Virus record (IMG/VR): IMGVR_UViG_3300006879_000011
Coordinates: 1 to 34,031 of that record
Direction: 5' to 3' (one strand)
DNA from: a virus
Lineage: Duplodnaviria; Caudoviricetes
DNA: 34,031 nucleotides
Shown piece by piece: positions 28,828 through 34,031 of the stretch; position 1 is the first letter of the stretch, and every line of letters begins with the position of its first letter. The position numbers were made by a program, and so were the translations under genes. The notes under the pieces were generated by a model. It saw only the letters and a program-made list of their open reading frames with translations, was not told where the DNA came from and did no database searches.

Positions 28828-30022
28828 TCGTTACCTCCGAAAAATAAAATTCAATAATATTTACGTCATGTTTTTGACGGCTTCCTGTCACTCGCCAAAG
28901 CAATTGGCGATAGTCGTCATATTCCCCACTGTTCTCATCTACTGGGTCAAGGACTGCAAGTGTTTTAAATTTATCCTGAAGCCCATCGACCCCAACACCT
29001 AGCGTCTGCGCCGTAGCAACGACAATAGGTGCAGTAAGTAGCTCTTTAGTAGTACCAGTCCAAATTCCAATCTGTGGATTCCTCTCTTTGATAATATTCG
29101 CTATTTGAACGCTTTTAGTCACGATAAGCATTTCGTGCGGCGCTTTAGCAATAAGCCTGTCCACCTCTTTTAGTAGCGGCGTGTCTTCATTGACCGCTGT
29201 TAATTTTGGAAAATCAATATCAAAGCCCGTTTGGTTAAGAATCCGCTCAAATGCTGTTTTGCCAAAGGATAGCTTACTCATCGCTGTTTTCCCGTTCTTG
29301 GTTACAACGTTGTAAGTGTTCAGCATTTTCAATGCATCAGGGTTGGCGCATGGTAGCGTGTTTTTGAAAAATTTAATCTTAAAGCCGTTGTTTTCTTCGG
29401 CATTTTCGATTTTTTCTATTTCTTCCCACCGCATGAAGTTTGGCAAATTAGAAATATAACTTTCATAGTTTCTAAAATCCGCCCACTTGGTTTTGGAGTA
29501 TGAAAACGCATCGTACACCATTTTCCCGTGAGCCAGTTCCCAATCAAATTTTCGGTTCGGGTTTGCTCTTTTCCAAAGGGTTTTTTCAAGTGGATAAAAG
29601 TTCTGCCCTTTTTTTCTAATTGGTGTGGCACTTAAGCCGATTGTGTACCCTCTTTTTACTTTCTTATAAGCGTTGACACAGTTTTTCGAGCTGACATTTT
29701 GCCACTCGTCAATAATAAGCACGTCACAAGCCATTTTAGAGCCCTCTTTGACGATGTTAGAAAGCTTCTTATCTGTAAGTGCTACTAATTCAAACGACTT
29801 ATCGTACCCAAACTCATTATAAGATTTTCCCCAACCGCTCAGGATACTCACCCTGTTATTTACAACAATGACCTTCTTAGCCTTCCTTTGTTTAGCGATT
29901 TCTAGCGCGCACAAAGTCTTGCCGCGACCCCCAGCCGCTTCTAAAAAGATGCCTCCTCTCTCGTCATTGATTGAACGCTTTATCGCCTCTTCTTGCCATT
30001 TACGAGCCTTGAACTGTTTCAT
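28811..30022 (-). CDS. Superfamily 2 helicase
   Basis: Q motif RKWQEEA, Walker A GGRGKT, DEWQ, SAT, GVGVDG and QLLWRVTG. Confidence 0.85.
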   Translation of the reverse strand: MKQFKARKWQEEAIKRSINDERGGIFLEAAGGRGKTLCALEIAKQRKAKKVIVVNNRVSILSGWGKSYNEFGYDKSFELVALTDKKLSNIVKEGSKMACDVLIIDEWQNVSSKNCVNAYKKVKRGYTIGLSATPIRKKGQNFYPLEKTLWKRANPNRKFDWELAHGKMVYDAFSYSKTKWADFRNYESYISNLPNFMRWEEIEKIENAEENNGFKIKFFKNTLPCANPDALKMLNTYNVVTKNGKTAMSKLSFGKTAFERILNQTGFDIDFPKLTAVNEDTPLLKEVDRLIAKAPHEMLIVTKSVQIANIIKERNPQIGIWTGTTKELLTAPIVVATAQTLGVGVDGLQDKFKTLAVLDPVDENSGEYDDYRQLLWRVTGSRQKHDVNIIEFYFSEVTSVNAG

Positions 30023-30470
30023 TCAATAATTCTCCTACTCCATTTATAAAGTCTTCAATATCTGACCTCATAGCGTAAAATAAAGCCAATCTTGCTGCCG
30101 CCCTCACGTCATTGTGGTGGCTTTCCCCGAACTTCCAAAGTCCGAGCGCTTTTAATAGCTCGTTAGGTACATCAGTCTGATAACCTCCGTTCCTGAAAGG
30201 TTCGGCGCATGGTATCAGTCTTTGTACTTCAGCTATTGTCTCCAGTACAGAATTGTCCTTAGATTTTGAGTTGTCTCTGGCTTCAAAGTGCTCAAAAATA
30301 ACTTTATCACATTTTATTTTATTGAATTCATCTTCAAACCACTTTCTGAACCCTTTTACGCCAAACGATAAGCACCAGTGGTCTAGTAGCTTGCCATTTT
30401 CAATCAGTACGATGCCGGTATTTGATTTTGTAGCCTTGTTGGAGCTCGGGTCAATAGATAGTATTTTCAA
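30000..30470 (-). CDS. RuvC-like Holliday junction resolvase (RNase H fold)
   Basis: ILSIDPS..TGIV, VIFE and HHNDVRAAARLA patterns; TTG start with AAGGAG RBS. Confidence 0.7.
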   Translation of the reverse strand: MKILSIDPSSNKATKSNTGIVLIENGKLLDHWCLSFGVKGFRKWFEDEFNKIKCDKVIFEHFEARDNSKSKDNSVLETIAEVQRLIPCAEPFRNGGYQTDVPNELLKALGLWKFGESHHNDVRAAARLALFYAMRSDIEDFINGVGELLNETVQGS

Positions 30471-30489
30471 TACAAAATCTCCTTAATTT

Positions 30490-30672
30490 TCACCATTCTT
30501 TAGCGCCTTCCAGGAACATCATGTTTTCAAAATCAGCCTCAAGTGTCAAGATTTGGTTAGAGCCGATGTCTATAAGAACACCGTCATCGGTGCGCATATA
30601 AAAAATAATGTGTTTTGGGTTAATGTATACGTATTCACTTGTTTCAATATCTAATAGTTTGTAAAACTTCAT
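30490..30672 (-). CDS. 60-aa hypothetical protein
   Basis: GAGG RBS; VYINPKHI motif; tight packing with neighbours. Confidence 0.7.
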   Translation of the reverse strand: MKFYKLLDIETSEYVYINPKHIIFYMRTDDGVLIDIGSNQILTLEADFENMMFLEGAKEW

Positions 30673-30829
30673 CTAAATTTCCTCGATTTTAACATTTTCT
30701 ATCTTACAATGATTGTTTAAATTTCTCAAAACTTGCAGCACTGTCTCAAAATATCTAAATGTTTCAACGCAAGTGCGCTCGCCTAGCTCAGTGTGCAGCG
30801 TATAAGTCAGTCTATATTTTTTTATTCAT
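30673..30829 (-). pseudogene. Small ORF interrupted by one extra base in an A7 run
   Basis: GGAG RBS then ATG AAT AAA AAA ATA TAG. With A6 it reads MNKKYRLTYTLHTELGERTCVETFRYFETVLQVLRNLNNHCKIENVKIEEI and ends flush with the next ATG (157 nt = 3n+1). Confidence 0.65.
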
Positions 30830-30992
30830 TTGTTAAACACTCCAATTCGATAGAAACTGTTTTATCTTGTTTAGCTAATTCGTCATACAAAAAGTTGGCT
30901 GAACGCTCATAATTACAGACAATTTGTCGTTCGTCAATATACCCATCATCTATCTTAGTCTTCCACATTATCAAAAATTTCTTGTCTCCCAT
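30822..30992 (-). CDS. 56-aa hypothetical protein; not in ORF track
   Basis: GAGGG RBS; MGDKKFLIMWKTKIDDGYIDERQIVCNYERSANFLYDELAKQDKTVSIELECLTNE. Confidence 0.72.
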   Translation of the reverse strand: MGDKKFLIMWKTKIDDGYIDERQIVCNYERSANFLYDELAKQDKTVSIELECLTNE

Positions 30993-31004
30993 TTTAATCC
31001 CTCG

Positions 31005-31151
31005 CTAAACATATTCAGGCACAACTTCGATTCCGTAAGCGTCTTCGTCCGTTAACATTTTTACAAATGTTGCCAATTGTTCTTCGTCTTTTGCAACCAT
31101 CTTAAAACGGTGGGTGTCGCAAGGCACTGAATAGTAAATGGTATACTTCAT
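31005..31151 (-). CDS. 48-aa hypothetical protein; not in ORF track
   Basis: GAGGT RBS; MKYTIYYSVPCDTHRFKMVAKDEEQLATFVKMLTDEDAYGIEVVPEYV. Confidence 0.75.
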   Translation of the reverse strand: MKYTIYYSVPCDTHRFKMVAKDEEQLATFVKMLTDEDAYGIEVVPEYV

Positions 31152-31167
31152 GTTTTTTTTACCTCTC

Positions 31168-31458
31168 TTATAGTTCGTTAAATTTCTTTTCTAACAAGTC
31201 AGTCAACGTTGTTTCGTAATCGCTAAGCGTTCTAATTTGTTTTTGTTTCTCGGCAAAGAGCTCCTCGGTTGGGATGCTATCAAGAAACGGTTGCCAGCGT
31301 TCTATAATTTCCTGCATCGCTTCGTTTACTTCTCTCTCGATTTCTTTTGTAAATTCGCCGCTTTTGATTTGCATGGTTTCGTTACTTACACCGCCGTATT
31401 TTTCATATTTTTCTGGCGCTAAAATCAATTCTTTGTGCTTATTGACATAGATTTTCAT
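31168..31458 (-). CDS. Hypothetical protein
   Basis: Start revised to ATG 31458 (GGAGG RBS); 96 aa. Confidence 0.75.
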   Translation of the reverse strand: MKIYVNKHKELILAPEKYEKYGGVSNETMQIKSGEFTKEIEREVNEAMQEIIERWQPFLDSIPTEELFAEKQKQIRTLSDYETTLTDLLEKKFNEL

Positions 31459-31573
31459 GTGTGCCCTCCTCAATTTCTTCTGTGTGTGCTTTTTTAGCTC
31501 TCTTGCCTACAAATGGCAATGTAATTACTTCAACGAACGCTAAAACTGTGACTGTGATAATTAAATGTGTCAT
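31439..31573 (-). CDS. 44-aa membrane peptide; not in ORF track
   Basis: AAAGGA RBS, ATGA overlap; MTHLIITVTVLAFVEVITLPFVGKRAKK... Confidence 0.6.
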   Translation of the reverse strand: MTHLIITVTVLAFVEVITLPFVGKRAKKAHTEEIEEGTHENLCQ

Positions 31574-31800
31574 GTATTATCCTTTCTAAATTCATCTAAG
31601 CTGACTTCTAAAACGTCAGCTATTTTGACCATATTTCGAAATGAGATTTTACTATTTCGAATATTTTGGATTGTGTTTTGACTAATTCCTGATTTTTCCG
31701 CAAGTTCTTTTTTTGTCATTCCTTTTTCAATCAAAATATGATTTAATTTTTTCCACAGATATTCACCATTTTCTTTTCTTAGTTCTTTCAGTGTATCCAT
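31570..31800 (-). CDS. XRE/Cro-like HTH regulator
   Basis: GMTKKELAEKSGISQNTI...KIADVLEVSLDEF; first gene behind a consensus promoter. Confidence 0.9.
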   Translation of the reverse strand: MDTLKELRKENGEYLWKKLNHILIEKGMTKKELAEKSGISQNTIQNIRNSKISFRNMVKIADVLEVSLDEFRKDNT

Positions 31801-31831
31801 TGTCTTCCTCCTTTTTTTTACTTATCTTACA

Positions 31832-31865
31832 AGTATATTATATTATATATACTACAATATGTCAA
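31832..31865 (-). promoter_or_regulatory. Consensus sigma70 promoter with operator-like inverted repeat
   Basis: TTGACA-17 bp-TATAAT; AGTATAT-8-ATATACT (31832-31853) spans the -10. Confidence 0.88.
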
Positions 31866-31871
31866 TAGTTT

Positions 31872-32051
31872 TTAAAATTTTTTTAAATTTTCTTTGATAA
31901 GTTCTTGTAATTCAAGTAAATCATCTTTCGTGGCATTGTTGCGAATAAACCCACGAGACGTTGACCTTTTAGTTAAATAATTTCTGTGCTCTCTATTTCT
32001 TGCGTTCCATTTTTTGTTAGCTCGTTGTTGTGGTGTTAGTTGCTCGTTCAT
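31872..32051 (-). CDS. 59-aa basic helical protein (RANKKW..NRE..YL..RS..R.FI pattern); not in ORF track
   Basis: GAGG RBS; MNEQLTPQQRANKKWNARNREHRNYLTKRSTSRGFIRNNATKDDLLELQELIKENLKKF. Confidence 0.8.
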   Translation of the reverse strand: MNEQLTPQQRANKKWNARNREHRNYLTKRSTSRGFIRNNATKDDLLELQELIKENLKKF

Positions 32052-32074
32052 TGTTTTTTTCCTCTCTTTTTTTA

Positions 32075-32410
32075 TTAGCAGAAAGAACGGAATTCACTGT
32101 CTTGAATACGTGCGAATTTAGCAGCAAGTTGCCAAATTGTTCCTTCTGAATTGTGTTCAGTAGCGAATTTTTTCCAAGCGTCAAAATCCCAGTTTACAGG
32201 TGTTTTGGCTACTTTGATGCGTGCCCATGTCATTGCTTTACCAAGCTCTTTATCTTCTTTTGAAACTTTTTCAGTTTTGTGTGCTTCGTTACGTAGAAAT
32301 GTTTTGTAGATATTCCAAGCGTATTTCAACGCATCTGAAAAAGTGATTTTGTTAGCTTTAAACATTTTCCATGCTGCTTTGAAAAGTTCTGATTTGTTAG
32401 TGATTTTCAT
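32075..32410 (-). CDS. acrIIA3: AcrIIA3-like anti-CRISPR protein
   Basis: Collinear motifs resembling AcrIIA3 as recalled: NKSELFKAAWKMF, TFSDALKYAW, KAMTWARIKV, IWQLAAKF. First gene behind a consensus promoter. Confidence 0.65.
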   Translation of the reverse strand: MKITNKSELFKAAWKMFKANKITFSDALKYAWNIYKTFLRNEAHKTEKVSKEDKELGKAMTWARIKVAKTPVNWDFDAWKKFATEHNSEGTIWQLAAKFARIQDSEFRSFC

Positions 32411-32436
32411 GTTTTTTTCCTCTTTCTTTATCTTAT

Positions 32437-32503
32437 ATATATATTATAATACATATAATACATATTGTCAACACTTTTTTAAACTTTTTTTAAACTTTTT
32501 TTT
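32437..32503 (-). promoter_or_regulatory. Consensus sigma70 promoter with phased A-tract UP element and palindrome over the -10
   Basis: Three A-tracts, AAAAAAGTG-TTGACA-17 bp-TATAAT; 20-bp palindrome with one mismatch at 32437-32456. Confidence 0.9.
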
Positions 32504-32591
32504 GATATTTGGGAATTTACTTGGAAAATAAAAAAACGTTGATATTATGAGCTTTGTTGGTATTTGGGAATTTACCTGGAAAATAAAAAAA
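32502..32591. repeat. Two 35-bp direct repeats with a 20-bp spacer
   Basis: TTGRTATTTGGGAATTTACYTGGAAAATAAAAAAA at 32502-32536 and 32557-32591 (2 mismatches). Confidence 0.9.
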
Positions 32592-32611
32592 GAGCCAGCA
32601 AAAGCTAACTC
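32585..32611 (-). terminator. Intrinsic terminator closing the RNA cluster
   Basis: GAGTTAGC-TTTT-GCTGGCTC followed by T7. Confidence 0.8.
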
Positions 32612-32617
32612 ATTTTC

Positions 32618-32718
32618 CCGACAGAGTAACCAGATGAACCCAGCCAGCGATGTAATAATTTTTTTAAGTGTGCAAAAGAGTGTGTTAATCACCTCTATTC
32701 TTTTTATTTTTTCTGGTT
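32618..32718 (-). ncRNA. Candidate pseudoknotted long-loop RNA, copy C
   Basis: P1 AACCAGA/TCTGGTT; P2 CTGGC-T-GGGT/ACTC-T-GTCGG; TCA linker; A-rich loop. Hand-folded. Confidence 0.5.
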
Positions 32719-32720
32719 AA

Positions 32721-32800
32721 TAGAGAGGGAGGGAGTCGAACCCTCAAAGCTTTACGCTCCCTGATTTCAGGTAAACATCTTCCAATTCTGAGACCTCTCT
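32721..32800 (-). tRNA. Class II tRNA-like gene / pseudo-tRNA lacking an anticodon loop
   Basis: Acceptor AGAGAGG/CCTCTCT plus A73; D-loop AATTGG; variable arm GAGC-GTAAA-GCTT; T arm GAGGG-TTCGACT-CCCTC. Anticodon arm is CCTGA-AA-TCAGG; no CCA encoded. Confidence 0.7.
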
Positions 32801-32803
32801 GAA

Positions 32804-32846
32804 TACCCACGCAAGGACTCGAACCTTGCCAGATACCGTTGTGGGT
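32804..32846 (-). ncRNA. tRNA-like minihelix (acceptor + T arm mimic), copy 1
   Basis: ACCCAC-AACGGTATCTG-GCAAGG-TTCGAGT-CCTTGC-GTGGGT-A. Confidence 0.72.
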
Positions 32847-32926
32847 TACCGATTGTTTGTAAAATATCCTAGCAATGTTCCAAAGGTCACACTTACTATA
32901 CAGATCATTACGATTACATACTTCAT
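32846..32926 (-). CDS. 26-aa hydrophobic peptide; not in ORF track
   Basis: GAGGT RBS, ATGA overlap with the DUF1642 stop; MKYVIVMICIVSVTFGTLLGYFTNNR. Confidence 0.55.
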   Translation of the reverse strand: MKYVIVMICIVSVTFGTLLGYFTNNR

Positions 32927-33441
32927 TCTTCCACCTCTTTAATTTCAAACGCTGGGTTATTCCAAATTCCAACACCTTCCCACACCTCCTGTGTTTGTTC
33001 CACGCCTGACGTAAAAGGACTACAAGACATAAACCATTCACCTAGCTTCTCATTCCAACCTAGATATTGGTTTGTGTCTCTAAAAGAAGCGAGATACAGC
33101 TTCTCTTTCTCAACCTCATATCCGAAAAGATTCATCTTAACAAGTGTCACAATTGGTTTGTTTCTATTATTAGTGAACCAGTCGTCCAGGTCTCTTTGCA
33201 ATCGTCCTTCATGGAATAAAAGAAAAAAGTTGTACAAGTTCCGTTCAAAATCATCTTTATTTTCTTCATACCAGTCGGCTACAAAATGTGGCACTTTTGG
33301 TTTCTGCGGTTCGCCGATTTGGTTGATGATATCTAATACTTGATTTTTAATGACCATCTCAACTTGTTGACATACAGTCTTATCGTTAATGTTCAACGTG
33401 TCCATGTAGTTTATTTGTTCAATTGCTTCTTGCTTATTCAT
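32923..33441 (-). CDS. DUF1642 domain protein
   Basis: MNKQEAIE, KPKVPHFVADWYEENK and FGYEVEKEKLY motifs. Confidence 0.88.
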   Translation of the reverse strand: MNKQEAIEQINYMDTLNINDKTVCQQVEMVIKNQVLDIINQIGEPQKPKVPHFVADWYEENKDDFERNLYNFFLLFHEGRLQRDLDDWFTNNRNKPIVTLVKMNLFGYEVEKEKLYLASFRDTNQYLGWNEKLGEWFMSCSPFTSGVEQTQEVWEGVGIWNNPAFEIKEVEE

Positions 33442-33662
33442 TTCATCCTCCTAACAATTTTATCAACAAAACTAAAATGATAGTAATCACAATCCGCATA
33501 ATGCCGCCGCTTTCATCGTGATGTATTTCCGTTTGCGTTGCTTGTCTTCTTTATTAGATACAACATCTGCAACCTCGATTTTATCTTCAGGCGGTTCTTC
33601 ATCACAGTTAGCTTCTTCCATGTGCAGTTTTACTCTTTCAATGCCGTTTCGTTGTTCATACC

Positions 33663-33890
33663 TTAAAGTTCTTTGTCATAGTCATCTTCTCCATCAACTA
33701 ATTCTTCTACACTCATATTATAGTATTCAGCCAGCGCCATCGCTGTAAACACGTCTGGAACTGAGTGGTCTAATTCCCAATTTTGGACGGTTCTAAAATG
33801 TCTTCCAAAATTATCAGAAAACTCTTTTTGCGTTTCTCCGTTGATTTTTCTCAGACGTCTTAAGCGCCTACCCAATGTTTTTGGTCTCAA
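33663..33890 (-). CDS. XRE-family HTH regulator
   Basis: LGRRLRRLRK..ETQKEFS...TVQNWE...LAEYYNMSVEEL; TTG start with GGAGG RBS. Confidence 0.85.
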   Translation of the reverse strand: MRPKTLGRRLRRLRKINGETQKEFSDNFGRHFRTVQNWELDHSVPDVFTAMALAEYYNMSVEELVDGEDDYDKEL

Positions 33891-34031
33891 TATTCTCCCT
33901 CCAATAATTCTGGATTTTCGTAAATCCTCGCCTTAACAGTCGACCAATCACATTCAAAGTAAGAAGCAATCCAATTTATTGTTTTACCATCAGAGAGCAG
34001 TTCTCTAAGTTTATCCTTAGGAATATCCACA
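33887..34031 (-). CDS. 3' end of an HTH-containing protein ending in a YopX-type IYENPELLE tail (partial)
   Basis: VDIPKDKLRELLSDGKTINWIASYFECDWSTVKARIYENPELLEGEY; runs off window. Confidence 0.65.
   Translation of the reverse strand, partial: VDIPKDKLRELLSDGKTINWIASYFECDWSTVKARIYENPELLEGEY

Noticed and set aside
32502-32591. Mini-CRISPR array (repeat-spacer-repeat)
   Set aside because: Only two repeats, a 20-bp spacer, poly-A ends and no resemblance to CRISPR repeats I know; no cas genes.
32761-32775. Reading the tRNA-like gene as tRNA-Ser(TGA)
   Set aside because: Placing TGA in a 7-nt loop gives C at position 33 and a mismatched stem (GTTTA/TCAGG); the discriminator is A, not G.
32468-33041. 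Minus-strand ORFs 32468-32692 and 32685-33041
   Set aside because: They overlap the tRNA-like elements, terminator, repeats and promoter, and have implausible composition.
136-33748. Numerous plus-strand ORFs in the track (e.g. 4348-4956, 7768-8139, 10636-11052)
   Set aside because: Antisense shadows of well-supported minus-strand genes, with no RBS or recognisable motifs.

Overview
This is a 34-kb slice of a low-GC siphophage or prophage, most likely of a Streptococcus host (inferred from protein families). Essentially all genes are on the minus strand. In transcription order (high to low coordinates) it contains: accessory genes (HTH, DUF1642); a small RNA cluster; an about 11.5-kb early/replication block with six near-consensus sigma70 promoters, starting with an AcrIIA3-like anti-CRISPR gene and continuing through tiny ORFs, a RuvC-like resolvase, SF2 helicase, adenine MTase, HNH-ERF-HNH, SSB, primase-polymerase, VirE-type helicase and an iteron origin; a second RNA cluster; an ArpU/RinA-type late activator; and an SPP1/TP901-like structural operon (terS, terL, portal, minor head, scaffold, capsid, neck, tail, frameshifted chaperone, TMP, Dit, Tal/RBP, holins). 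Integrase and lysin are not in the window. The most striking unannotated signal is a candidate RNA system present at both ends of the early block. Each site has a 43-nt tRNA-elbow mimic (12-bp acceptor/T stack, T-loop, GG linker, covarying between copies), followed by 83-101-nt long-loop RNAs that share one predicted pseudoknot topology (three copies). One site also has an anticodon-less class II tRNA. All homology calls come from motif recognition by eye and all RNA folds were derived by hand; no searches were run.
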